From NCBI RefSeq assembly GCF_009914755.1, contig NC_060931.1: a DNA stretch of 64,000 bases, one strand, 5' to 3'. The notes beneath the pieces were generated by a model. That model was not told the origin of the DNA, ran no database searches, and saw nothing but the letters and a program-made list of their open reading frames with translations. The DNA comes from the human T2T-CHM13v2.0 reference genome, Homo sapiens. The translations under genes and the position numbers were made by a program. Below, one piece after another: positions 1-18,122 of the stretch. How positions within the stretch are numbered: the stretch's first letter is position 1; every line of letters begins with the position of its first letter.

Positions 1-594
1 ATCAAAGTTTGAATTACAGTTATAATATTCTGTTCACCAACTTCCTTATTTAGGTACAAAAGGTTTAAAAGATCTAAAATATAAATGCATGAAAATTTAG
101 AAAACTGTTTTTCTCCTCAAGGAAGCACCAAAATGGAAAAAATAATGACACTGGTTACTACTTTCTTCTTTTATATAACTCAGTTGGTTTTAAGTTTCAG
201 CTTCAATTCCTCAGTTTTGTTCTATTTGGTTTGGGAAAGTGGTACATTATGTATATACAAATTTATGTGTGTTTGCCAATGAGTGTGTGGTCACGTATAT
301 CTTTGTGATTTATTATAGTATAATTTTACCCAGTTTTTCCAAAGATATATTTAATAGTACTAAATAGAAAATCTATGATATCCATACTTGTTCATATGGG
401 ATATCTTTTTCCACTTCCTTTAAGCAGGAAGTAATTTCTTAGACTGAAATGAGCTTTAGACCATTCCTATCACCTCAGCATGCAGACAATATTGGTCCCT
501 CAAGGGAAGATAAGTTGCTGATAAATCTGTAGTATAACATTAGAGAACTCAAGAGCCACAGTATCAGATTGTCCCAACAAAATTTTAGAGCACC

Positions 595-945
595 TTGTTT
601 ATCATATGCGGAATCTGTGAAAGCTAATCTAAGAGTAGATAGTAGAATAGTGGTTACCAGGAGCTAGAGTAGTTGATCAAATGATATAATATTTTAATTA
701 AATAGAGATGTTTAAGAGATCTATTATACACCATGGTGACTATAGTTAACAATACATTATTGACAAATGCTGAGAGTGGATGTAAAGTATTGTCAATACA
801 AAAATAATTATGTCAGGTAATGCATATGTTAAATAGCTGAATTTAGTCATTCAGAATGTTTATATACTTCAAAATATAATGTGGCATATAGTAAATACAT
901 ACAATTTTATGTCAATTTTAAAAAATAAAAAAATGAAAAAAGAAA
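595..945 (+). mobile_element. L1MA-type (L1MA9/10-like) LINE-1 3' end fragment
   Basis: Contains agtagaatagtggttaccag, ggtgactatagttaacaat and tacaattttatgtcaatttta, then an A-rich tail, typical of an L1MA 3' UTR. Confidence 0.75.
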
Positions 946-2291
946 ACTATGAACCCTTGAGCACTTTAGAGAGAGTAGAACTTTCCTGTTACATTCATAG
1001 GATAGTATTTAGAGACTGTACTTCGATCAAGTATATGAGCACAGAAGGACCTAGTATTAAGAGCCCCGGAGCAAAATAGTCATCTCACAGAAACTAGATC
1101 AAAGTGTTAAGAATCATTTAAGCAGCTACAAATACTTCCTGAACCATATTTTGCCCACATTACTTGACGGTTATTCTTTATGAATTAATATGGAAACTTA
1201 AATAACCTACTGCACACTCTGTATAACTTATTGTAAAGAAGTAAGCATGTAAAGTCATACGGGCTCAAACTTTCACGTACCTGTGAGATAGTGTTCCACT
1301 TTATCTACCAAAATAATCTTTATTTATGATAATGGTTGATTTCCCTTATCTTTTAGGTCACGATACATGCTTTTGACTAATGTTATCTGCTTCCATACTC
1401 AACATAATTCAGAAATGTTCTTCCTAAAAAATAACATGCTGAATGTCATATGCTCCAAATTGTGTGTAACTTTAAACAAGTTGGCAGAGGGCTGCCTCCT
1501 ACAAGTCTGTCCCCTGGCAGTTACCCCTCTCACTCCTCATCAGCCACACACATAGAATTACATACTATTTAGAAACGGGCTAATGTAGGCATGAGAAATG
1601 TAATGTCTTTGTCATAATATTTGTCACTACTTTTAATAATAACCCTTCTAAAACTTGTGCAGGAAGTTAATACTTTTCTTTAAATAAGGTTTATTAAAAT
1701 CCATTAAAAATGCTATAACTTTATCAAAAATATATCATTTTTTAAAAATGTAGAACAGAGCAGTTGAATAGTTTCTCTAGGTGTCAAATTTCAACAATAT
1801 TTGTTATTGCCACTATATAAAATCTTCTAAATAACAGAATATTTTATACCAAGGAATTATGGCATATGATTTCCTGAAAATGAAATTTTCCTTGATGATT
1901 TAACATTTCCAACAACCCTGATAATCATCATCAAATATATATTTGTTAGGTTATTACTAGTTACTAGAACTATAAACTAGGCCGTATATTTAAAAAACAA
2001 TTTTCTTCTTGCAGATTATTTGTTACATGGAAAATCCCAAAACTTTATGGCACACTGTGCATGAGTAATGACAACAAGAAGAAACTGGAGGCTTATGTTT
2101 TGAGACTGGTTCACACAGAAACTGCAAATAATAGTTAACATAGGGAATACGGTGATGATGAGTTCATTAGGGAGAAATAAATATTGTATTGCATTAGCCT
2201 TCATATTTTAGGATGGGGTATACACTGGATAGTTAAGAAATTTTATTTTATAAAATAAATTTGACCATATAATGCATAGAATATGGTGTTC

Positions 2292-3529
<1,238 letters not shown>

Positions 3530-3689
3530 GTGTTCTTAAAATATGAATTTTTCGACTGCATTTGAAAGGAAAACAAATATTTGAAATGGTCAATTGAAAT
3601 CGACCACATTGAAATAATTTAAAGAGGGTGAAATTAATATATTCAAAAATAAATTCTGCCAGAATCATAGATGTTTGGGACCCATTTCA

Positions 3690-3920
3690 TGTCTGGGCAC
3701 CTGTTATTATGGGCATGCCTCCTACACTGAACTAAAATTTACATCCCTGAAACTCCAAGGCTTTCGGTTCTGTCCCAAGGTAAATCTACATCCTCTTCCA
3801 TGTGAGAGCCTTCTGAGTATTTGATGAATACCAGTAAGACAAATGACCCCAGGTTCTTCACTTGTTCTTTACAAGAGAAGTTTTCTGGTCTCTTCTGAAT
3901 TCTGGTTAGTCTTCTCTAGG
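3690..3920 (-). mobile_element. L3/CR1 LINE relic
   Basis: Degenerate similarity to CR1 3' ORF2 on the reverse strand (tcctcttccatgtgagagccttctgagtatttga; ccccaggttcttcacttgttc). Confidence 0.4.
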
Positions 3921-5952
3921 TTGCAAAGATCTTTCGTAAAGCAAGAGTTCTGAAAAGATCAAATTTTATGTGTGATAAAATGGCACGCTATTGGACCATA
4001 CTGAGTCTGCTGTTTAATTTTCAACCAATTCTTAAATTATTTCCACAGTGAACTACATACTGGCTGGTATTTTTTTAAGAATCTCTCACTTACATACAAA
4101 CTCACTTTACCAATCTCCAAGTTTTAATGTCAGTCAATACTCTCTTTTGTTGTTGTTCTCCCAAATACAAATGTTCAAAATCTTACTAATGTAACTTTCT
4201 TCAGTGCCTGCTCAAAGGCTCAGAAAACACTTTTTAAAATTTACTTTTTAAGATTAAAAATTGATTAAAAGTATATCATTTACTCCAACCATTCATATGA
4301 TGTAATTACTATGTGTTAGAGACTTTATTAGCAAGAGCATATTCTGCAAACAAGGTAGTCTGGGCTTTGGTCTCACAGGAGTGATGATGGACATGTCACT
4401 ATGCGTCTGTATGCTTTAGTTTCATCAAATGAAAATTTAGAGAGTTTGGTTGTGTGAGGAGGAATGGGTTTGACTGAATCAGGAAACCTTAGTGGATTCT
4501 TAGTGATTGTATTTTTCATTGGTAAATTCCCACGACCTATTCCCAAAGCTATTCCAGGGATTTTAGGATTTGATATAAAAAACTACAATTTTCATTTCAT
4601 GTGAATATATTTTTGTTATTTTACAGTAAGAAAATGTTCATGTTAAAACTATATGAGCAACATAGGACAGCAAATGAATTTTTAGTACTAAATATAAAAT
4701 GCCTCAAATATACTGGCATCCAATAATAAGATTTTAAAATATCAGATTTTAAAATCGATTTAGACTTAAGTAACATTGGCCATGTGTTCAAAAGATGGGA
4801 TTTTAATATACAGACTATTGAGATCTAATACACTATGAATATCCAATGAATATTTTCAAGTTAATTATTCAAAAATCAACATTTTCTGAACAAAAAAATG
4901 AAAAAGATAAGTTCTTAACCATAACGTAGAGTAACATTTACAATCCAAAACCTTTTGATCTGAAATATCAAAGATTATAAAAAATATTAGCCTATATTTG
5001 TAGAGGACATAAACTTTTTAAATATAATTTAAGAATATAAATTTATAAACAATCATGTAGTCATAAGGAATTTAAAATTATAATCTATGAATACTCATCA
5101 AAAATCACATTAGAATTTATAAAGATCCTGAATTTATAGTAAAAGATTTATTGCTTCCATGAATTAGCAATTTGGCTGAGCTAATTTGTAAATGATGTGG
5201 TCGCTTGAAAGACTATACACAAAAGAAAATTGGTAAGCAAAAAAAAAAAATACAAAATATCGGAAGAATTACTGAATTGAGAGAATGAATGCTCTCCACA
5301 ATCAATGTCATTAAAAAAGCAACTTTCTGAAATAAAAGAGAACTGTCTACTTTTTTCTTTGTCCCTTTTTTAGTAAGCAGTTTGCCTCTGGTTTAACAAT
5401 ATGAACATACTTCCTTTCCCAGCTGGAGGCATCCGATCCTGGGAATATTGATGTATGTACACCCCGTAGATTATACTTTTCAGACTAGATGGATTTCTAA
5501 ATTCAAGATCTACCAAATACTTCCACAATTCTAATTAAAATAAGAAGTTTGGGAGTCAGAAACCTTTTGCCCTAGAGGCTTGCCCCACCATGTATTAATT
5601 TTCACCATTATTCCATTTAACTGGGGTTACTCATTTTTATTTCCTAAAAAATTCTATATCTGGAAAGAGGTACCATTCTACAGCATTTCTGGCAAATCAT
5701 AAATTAACCTACAGTAAATGACATTAAGGAGATAGCTTTGTTCTGTAAATGGATAGGATACCATATGGCTTTGATGTTAGTGTGAAGTTAATCACAAGCT
5801 CCATAACAGGCCATGACATCATTTCATAATAAATTGCATGAACAAATGCTGCCGTTATCTGAACAGCATGTGAATTTTGGTACCTATAATCTTTAGGGAA
5901 AAATGAATATAAAATATTGAGTTAAAAAATAGATATAAGGATGGTACCATAG

Positions 5953-6147
5953 CGTCTCCACTAAAAATACAAAAAACTAGCCGGGCATGATGGTGGGCGC
6001 CTGTAGTCCCAGCTACCTCGGGAGGCTGAGGCAGGAGAATGGCGTGAACCCGGGAGACGGAGTCTGCAGTGAGCTTAGATCGTGCCACTGCACTCCAGCC
6101 TGGGCAACAGAGCGAGACTGCATCTAGAGAAAAAAAAAAAAAAAAAA
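5953..6147 (+). mobile_element. AluY, 5'-truncated (linker plus right monomer)
   Basis: ctaaaaatacaaaaaa linker, AluY-type ggagaatggcgtgaacccggga, and a poly-A tail. Confidence 0.92.
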
Positions 6148-7369
6148 CAGAAACGTCTAAGTTGCAGGAAGTCAGTAGGTGTACTTTTGGAGTCATCTTA
6201 AAAAGAGACGATAGACATTTCTTCCATTTCTCCCTTTGCTGCCATCTGGCAGGCAGCCTACAATGTGATTGATCCAGTAGGAAGAGTACCCTATGGGCCA
6301 ATCTATGAGCCCTGCTAGCTACCCTGGAAAGAGGCTGAGGTGCCTTTTTTCAAGACCCCAACACTAGCTCCACACCACCCAACCACATCGTTTAAATTTC
6401 AGTTATTTTCTGGTACACACTGGTACACATTTGCCAATTATGTACAAAGACTGTCAATGAAATCAGCTGTTCACTATGAGATTACAGTGTGGCTATTCTT
6501 TTGTAACAAAGTACTTGATTATCTAGAGTATTTTACTTCAAAATATTTCTGAAAACCATACTTCCCTGTGCCGAATCCTCAGTCAGAAGAGAGCTGACAA
6601 TCAATACAGAAGTAACATATTGTTGGAAAGAATAATTAGAACATTAATGAAAACTGATCTCATTCATTTTTCTTAAAAATGGAGGAAATAATGTTTTCTG
6701 ATTTCTCTCCATCATTCCAAGTGCAAGGTACCACGTAATTTATATGTAATTCAAACATCAATAGAGAGATTTTTTTTATATTGATTGCTCCCACTTTAGT
6801 AGTGCTCTATAAACAAATAAAGAAATTAACTGATTTTACCCCTGATCAGATGATCTTTCTTTGGAGATGTGACATTTAATCTGATTATTCATGAATATGT
6901 TAATGAGAGAGTTATCACATGCCAGTCATTAGACACTGAATATTAAAATGCAACCAGTCATGCAGTGTTGATGACAAGCTTCCTTTTCCAATTTGCAAGG
7001 AAAGAATAAGCAAACAAGATGAGTCTAATCTCTGGGTTTTGTTACTTTTTGTAAAATCTTCAGTGGCACTTATATGTGTCAAGAAAAAAATAATTTCTTA
7101 AAATCGCAAACTCAGGGACTGCAATGTTTTTTGTCACTCATTCCAATTAAACCAATGGCACTTAAATTTAACAGGAATGAGACTTTAATAATTAATAGAG
7201 TACAGTTGTGTGTTTCTAATATGCAAGCAATTCCAAGTTGATAAACAGCTTTGGATTACCAAAGTTTACTGGTAAAGCTACTGTTAGGAACTTAAACTAG
7301 TCATGTATTTTCTGTAAGAAATTACTTTGCAAAGAATGGTGGGAAATCAGAGATTTAATCTCACTCCAC

Positions 7370-7473
7370 CAAGACCCTCTGAGGGCAAAGAAAATGTGCG
7401 TCCAGGAATAAGCACAAGGCCTCAAACATAGCACACACAAAATAAAGATTAGATGAAGGAAGAAAGGAATGAA
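7370..7473 (+). mobile_element. L2 3' end relic
   Basis: ctctgagggcaaag...agcacaaggcctcaaacatag...aataaa...gaaggaagaaaggaatgaa resembles the L2 terminus. Confidence 0.4.
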
Positions 7474-8379
7474 AAATACCTGGATGTGCTATACTAGTAG
7501 TGTATAAAAATCTAATCATTATTTAAACTTTGTTTCTATGTGAAAACTTAATGGAAGATTCCATATTGGCTCTAAGAAACACAGCAGCTCTCTTCCTACC
7601 TGTCTGCCTTAGTAACCAGCAGTGAGTGACACTTTTCTCTTACAACCAGCCAGTGGCCTCAGGATGCTATGCTAGTAACAGGAGAGCATGAAACTCCTGA
7701 AGTGTCAGGGGCTGTCATGGCTTTGTGTGGACATTCTTAGGTGAGGTACAGCGATGACACATCGTAGAGAAGAGGAGGTGGGGTAGTCAATCGCCTCAGA
7801 CACTAAACCATAAAACATCTCTGAAAGTGTAAAGCAAAGAAGAAAATTGTATTCATCAGAATTCTTCTTAAAAGAGAATACTGGGTGTATTACAAGGACC
7901 TCTTGGTTAAGCTGCATGGGGTAGACTGTAAGAGGCTTTTGTCTGTTCCACTCACAGCAAAGCCCGTATGCTCCAGGAATTGTTAGTAATTGCTGTGTTT
8001 GTTTGGTGAAGTGGATGATATAAGAAGCAGGGAGTGCTGCCTTCCGGAGTCCTCCTTTTCTGCCTTTGTTCTCATCCAGGTGCCAGGACTCATCTCTAAA
8101 AAAAAAAAACAGTTGAGAAAATATTTAGAGTATCAGTTTGAAGGGGTTTCAAATTACTCTGCTAAGAGCACCGAAATGCCTGTCTCTAGCCAGGAGTCAA
8201 TAAATGGGGCAGGAAAAAGGAGGGACTGTTCCAGTGGCAAGTGAATGGAGCCGCCTAAAGTATTGCTTGCTCACTTTAGCAAACTGCCTTATAGTATTAA
8301 ACAGTACATTATGAGACTGTTTTCACCAAACATCTTGAACAACAGACAGGTGCATTTTTCCTGTTATTAAAATGTGGGT

Positions 8380-8620
8380 CATAAAGGCAAAGCTACAGAG
8401 ACGGAAAACAGATCAGTGAATTCCAGGACACAAAAGTAGGGGAGAGGTGGACTACAGCGGTGCCCACAGGAATTCTGGGCAGGGCAGGGGGGCGGGGGGT
8501 GATGGGATTGTGCTTTATCTTGAATGTGCTGGTGATTACCAAACATATGCATTTGTCAAAACTTATGGAACTGTATGCTAATCACAGTGAATTTTATGGC
8601 ATGTAAGTTATATTTTAACT
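8380..8620 (+). mobile_element. L1ME-type 3' end fragment
   Basis: aaaggcaaagctacagagacggaaaacagatcagtg...atttgtcaaaactta...gtgaattttatggcatgtaagttata. Confidence 0.7.
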
Positions 8621-10705
8621 TACGAATTTTTAAAAGGCATTATATTATTACTCTGAAGATTCAGATAAACATACACACACACATGAAATTCAGGAGGTGT
8701 TACTAGAAAAAAAGCCCAGTTTCTCCTTATCTAAAAAAATTGCCGAAATGGGCTATGATTTTTTCAATATCTTTTCCAATTTTTGCCTCTTATAATTCTG
8801 TGTTTAAATAACTAAAGAAATCTGAAATTACTTAGCAACTTTGTACTAGCAATGGTCATTATTTTACAACCTATGCTCAGATACTAATTACCTTCTCATA
8901 ATTGTCCAGTATGCAACTGAGAAGGTCAACCACTAAAATCATTTTAATTTCCCTTCAGCTTCACTGATTATTTGTAGAGAGCATTTCGTTTCTAGGTCAA
9001 ATCGTCTTAATACACACAGATCACTCTGGTTGAGCCAAACCAGATTTTCTTCAAAAGCTCTGACATTGAGACCCTGCTCTGGCATTTCATTTGTTTGTAT
9101 AGAAAATGTTAGGCGTCTCTTTGCCAAGTCTAAGCTGTGATTCCAAAATCCCCTCATAACCTTGCTTTTCAACTGTATTCCAAACATATATAAAACTGAA
9201 ATTGACCCTACAGTCATTGCCAGAGGCATACATAGAGAGAAATGTACAATCACAGTGTCATTGGACACACGCATATAAATTGCGTATCTCTAAACTTCGC
9301 AAATCTAATATGGTATTCACAATTTGGGCAATAATGTCAGCAACAAATTTAATTAAATAAAAACCTTGAGAGAAATAGTGGTTTATTTCTGAAAACCAAA
9401 TATTGAAATTTTGCTGAGTGGCTTACTTTAAATGATCAGAGGAATGCTTCATAAATTCTTGCAGTAGCATCGTAAGACTTTATGACCATAGATTCTCTGA
9501 TACATTTATTGGGACACCTTGTAAAATAGTGAAGTTGCAGAAACACAAAGGCATAGTTTTTAATTTCACATTTTTCAATACATATTACACATGAAAACTA
9601 AAGTTTTAATTAAACAAAGGAAGTCTTAAGTTTGCATTTTATACATTGATTGACAAGATATCTCTTAACATAACATGCATAGCCAAGTTCCTTGTGTCAC
9701 TTGCTTTGCTTTTTTCATTCTTCCTTAATTTTTACTAGGATTTTATTTTCTATTTCTTTTTCAACAGGAAGCTCTGAAGCCACCACCTAGTTCACTTCAA
9801 TAGTTATGTGCTTTTCTACGTTTCACCACAATTTTCTCAGTAGTTCAGACGTATCACTCTTGCTCGATATTGATTGAGTTATATAATCACTATTAGCAAA
9901 TGCTCTTTGATTTGATCCTTTCTAATGTGTATTTTCTCAGGGACAGGACCAGTTTTGAAGTTGAACACACACTGGTGTGTAATGTGCATGTACAGAGTGC
10001 CTCTGAACTATGCAGAGTAGGAATTGATTCCTAAACCCCACATAAATGTAACTCAGACTGGTTTAGAAAGGCTATTGGATTTGAAATGGCAAAATACTAA
10101 GATATGGGAAAAAATAAGATACCAGTTTAATTTTAAAATCAGTATTAATCATGTTTACCTTATTCTTGATTTTTTAAAGGAACAAAAACCAACATATATG
10201 TTATTTGATTTGTACAAATTTGTATTATTCTATATAACATCCATATATATTGTCCATAACCATGTGATCACATAGTGTGTCTATAAGGACCTTGTATCTA
10301 GTCATATGTGCACCTGTTGCAGTAACCCATGCTGTGTAGGCAGGTTCTATGACAATTCAAATCAGTTCTAGTGATAAATCAAACCTGTTGGTTGCTTTTA
10401 TTGAATGTTGTTCTATTTCTGTCTGTAAGCGTATAGCCAGGTTAAGAGAAACTGACTGAACTAAAGGGGCGCTTATGACTATTCCCTAATGATATCACAT
10501 CCAAAACAATGAACTGACAGTGACTTAAATTATTAAGCATTAGGAGAAATCCCTGTATCCCTGCAGTGTTCAGTTCCTTGAGGCTCTGACAAATGACCTC
10601 CAGTTTGTTGGACAAAGTAGGCGGGATATGAAGGCAGCTCTTATACACATACTTTATTTTGGCTGGGGCAAGTATCACTGGATATCTCATTTGGTAGCAT
10701 ATTAA

Positions 10706-11417
<712 letters not shown>

Positions 11418-11689
11418 TATGCCTCAGGTGCCAATTATGTGATTCCATCTGATAGCAACTATATGAATATTATATATTTGAGACTAAAAGGCTAACATAC
11501 CAATTTATTTTGTATGCAGCTTTTAAAATTCATGCTATTTTTACTTGTAAAAGTTCTGTTCACTACTTTAAAAGCTGAAGCACATTACCGGAAAAAGCAT
11601 GATGTGACATCGTTCTCTACTATAAAGAAAACACCTGATAACCAATAACTTTCAAGGAACACACACCCCATGCCACATCCTATGCATTC

Positions 11690-11825
11690 TAACCATTTTA
11701 CAAGCATTATCTCATCTCATGGAATCCCCACAAGTATCATGTAAGATAGATTCTCTGATTATTCCCATTTTATGGGGGAGGAAACCGTACTTCAGAAGGT
11801 TAAATAAAACTTGCTTGAGTGTAAA
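11690..11825 (-). mobile_element. MIR fragment
   Basis: MIR core attattcccattttatgggggaggaaaccg...agaaggttaaataaaacttgc. Confidence 0.6.
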
Positions 11826-11971
11826 ATATATTTTCTTACCTCTCACTACCATTTACTATGATACATTTACTAAGGATTTATTACCCTCTGAACAGGAGCC
11901 TTGTGATCTCACATTTCCCAACCCCTCCTCCAGGGAGTGGAGTTGATCTGAGTATTCAGAAGTAAAAATGA

Positions 11972-12219
11972 CAGTAGTTAGCAATTGCTGAGAATTGTCC
12001 ATGTGCCAGGCACTGTGGTCAACACTTACAGGTATTATCTCATATAATAATCAGAATCTATCAAAGACATAGGTCAATTATTATCACAGTTTTAGTAGAC
12101 AAGGACACTGAAACTTATAAAGGTTAAAAGTCTTTGTCCACATCACAGCTAAGAAGTGGCAGAGTCCGAAGAAGAGGGAAGGCAGTCTGACTGCATGGCC
12201 TGTTCTAGTAACTATTATG
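11972..12219 (-). mobile_element. MIR
   Basis: atgtgccaggcactgtg...ttattatcacagttttag...acatcacagctaagaagtggcagag...ggcagtctgact. Confidence 0.75.
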
Positions 12220-13339
12220 AAATAGCCAACGGCACCCAAGACTTAGTAGCTTTTGAAGCTTCACCATTGAGGATGTGCATTTTTAAAGATGGGGTCAGAG
12301 TATAAGGAAGTCTTCCTGGTCCTCCTTAAGTTCCACGGCAGGGTGCCTGCCTGTGTACTCTACCTACCTGTTCTAATTCTGGGGATTATCAGGAGAAGAA
12401 ACAAGAAAGCTATAAAAGCCTTAGCTTCTCATGAAATATCTTAGCAAAACATTTTTATGTGAAAAATGTATGCCACCTTTTATGTTTATGGCCTTGTTTT
12501 ATTATTTTCTTCTTTTGGAATATTTCTTTCTGGAGTTTACAAAGGAATTATACTGAACGCTGATGTGAATCCCAAAGGAAAGATATGTTTCTTCTCTAAT
12601 GTTCTCAAATGTCAGGAAATCATTTAGAGAGTGAATGTCTTTGGTGGCTGGTTCTAATTTGCACTGTTGTTTGATAATGTGCACACTGGAGATCAATTGT
12701 CTGAAGATCTCCTTAGGGCTAGAAGGTCATCTTTGGTGAATTAGCCTGATGCCTCATTAAAGATATGTCAATTCTCCTTTTTCCTTGCAATGTGTAGAGT
12801 ATGCTCTCTAAGTGGAGTGGCAAAATGTACATGAGGAGGGAAATTTAGCAAATTAGTTTAATGAGAATTATTGTGTTTATTTGGAGACTTCGATTTGATT
12901 GAAAGAGGATTTTACTATTGGGCTTCCTTTTTGGCGAAGGTTATCCGTAGCACCTACTGTAATTGCTTCCTGTAAAAGAGTCAGTATCCATGCAGTTGCA
13001 CTAATGTGCTCTTGTTTGGTGCATTTTTCTCTTCTTTAATATAAAGCATCTTGACTGCGAAAATTTTAAACTCCAGTGTTTGAAGGATGAATTGATGTTG
13101 ATTTTCTGCAAAGGAAAATAATAAATAGACTTGGAGAAAGGAAAAGGAAACAAATCTCACTGTTAGAGGTAATGTGGAAAGAATAATAAACAAATGTAAG
13201 GAAGACAACATCTGCGAACAGGGTCTATCTATTAATGCTTGTTAGGGAGAAAATGCCTAAAATGTGAATAAGTAAAAGCCTAACAAGAAATAAGGTATAG
13301 CAGCCTTCCAATAGTTTGCAATTGAAAAGAGACAAACTT

Positions 13340-13652
13340 GTCCAGGCACGGTGGCTCGTGCCTATAATCCCAGCACTTTGGGAGGCTGAGGTGGGCGGAT
13401 CACAAGGTCAGGAGATCGAGGCCATCCTGGCTAACACTGTGAAACCCCGTCTTTACTAAAAATACAAAAAAATTAGCCAGGCATGGTGGCGGGGGCCTGT
13501 AGTCCCAGCTACTTGGGAGGCTGAGGCAGGAGAATGGCGTGAACCCAGAGGCGGAGCTTGCAGTGAGCCGAGATCGCACCACTGCACTCCAGCCTGAGGA
13601 ACAGAGCGAGACTCCGTCTCAAAAAAATAAATAAAAATACATAAATAAATTA
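13340..13652 (+). mobile_element. AluY, full length
   Basis: ggagatcgag.ccatcctggctaacac and agaatggcgtgaacc. 15-bp TSD aaaagagac(a/g)aactt at 13325-13339 and 13653-13667. Confidence 0.96.
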
Positions 13653-14402
13653 AAAAGAGACGAACTTCTTCCAGAAGCAGAAAATCAAATACTTGGGCAG
13701 GTTTCTAATAATTTATAAGAGAAGAACATATTTTATGTTAATTATAATGTAGGCCATATTTTATAAGAAGTAGCTGGACAGTTAATTCTGTTTCAGTTCT
13801 TTTTCCTCTTTGGATTTCTTTGCTTCTAATTTATTTTTCTGTTTCTATGATTATTTCTCTCAGCTTCAATCTTTAGCTCTTTCTACTCTTTAATCTCTGG
13901 TTATGTGGGGTAATGGAAGGCAGGTGCTGGTGTGACAGTGGCCCAGTATCATGACATTCTGATAGATTGTATTCCCTTTGATCTCTACTTAAGAGTTTCA
14001 TGCAGGTGTTTCGGAGGAGAGAGAAAAAAATGTTTTTCCTGACATTTTTGTCACTGCAGAGAGAATTACAGTTTTACAACTATCATAGAGATTCAGAACA
14101 GATGAATATATGTCTATCAGTGAGCATATTAAAACCTAATATTTTGTGGGTTTGTTGTTATTATTTGCAAACTTGGCACAGTAATTGTGAAGACAAAAAT
14201 TGTTCTTCAGGCTTTGTGAGTCAGATTAAAAAAAGTTTTAAAATTAGCACTAGTTTGTAAATGAGAACATTCAAGAAAAGAACATGAAACAAAATATATG
14301 ACCTTAAATTATGTATAATTGAAGAGAACTTTTAGGTTGGTGAAGCTATACTTACTGTTTTTTAAAGAAAAAAGCTTATCATAACTTATTTAAAAGACAA
14401 AT

Positions 14403-17399
<2,997 letters not shown>

Positions 17400-17440
17400 T
17401 AAAAGCAGGGCTTGAAGGATGCACTGATATGTACTTTGAT

Positions 17441-17525
17441 AATGTAAGCCCCAAAGATCAGGACAGGTGTCTGTCTTATTTGCTCTTCTATCTCATTTAC
17501 AATTCCCTGAATGAATAATGAATGC
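17441..17525 (+). mobile_element. L2 3' relic
   Basis: aatgtaagccccaaagatcaggacaggtgtctgtcttatt...tgaatgaataatgaatg. Confidence 0.45.
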
Positions 17526-17919
17526 ATGTGTGTATCACAAGAAAAAAATCATGGCTATGGTTGCCATTTGAAAGAGGCACAGAGTTATAACACTAGTCAT
17601 AGGTAGTGCAGATAGAAGCAAGATCATTGCATGGGGGCTGGAGGGAACTTAAATAACTAGTAGATTACATATAATAACCTCGATTCTCATCCCTCATTCT
17701 ATGTCAGGCTTAGAGGGTCTGCATACCCCCTGGCCACAGTGCCAGTGGAGAAGGGTTTCTATCCCGTCATGTTCTATAATATGTATCTACGAAAAATGAG
17801 ATCAGGGAACATCCCTGTGGGTATGAAACAACAAAAACTTTTTGAGGAAGTGAGGAGGTATCTTGTTGGAGATGGGGGTGAGGGGCACTTGGCATCTAAT
17901 GACTGCATAACTGTATTCT

Positions 17920-18018
17920 TTTTAACAGCTTGACTGAGATATATTTATTCACATACCATATAGGTGACCCATTGAAACTGTGAAATTCAATGGCTTTTAG
18001 TGTATCCACAGAGTTATA
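17920..18018 (-). mobile_element. L1MB/MC 3' terminal fragment
   Basis: tttaacagcttgactgagata...cacataccata...aattcaatggcttttagtgtatccacagagtt. Confidence 0.7.
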
Positions 18019-18065
18019 TGTTCTTAAGTCAGATCTGTGGAGTCAGGTCTCAACTAAGCTACCCA

Positions 18066-18122
18066 GTGTGTGTGTGTGTGTATGTGTGTGAATTTGTATA
18101 TGTTTATGTGGGTGTTTGTGGT
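18066..18122. repeat. Degenerate (TG)n microsatellite
   Basis: gtgtgtgtgtgtgtgtatgtgtgtg... Confidence 0.75.
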
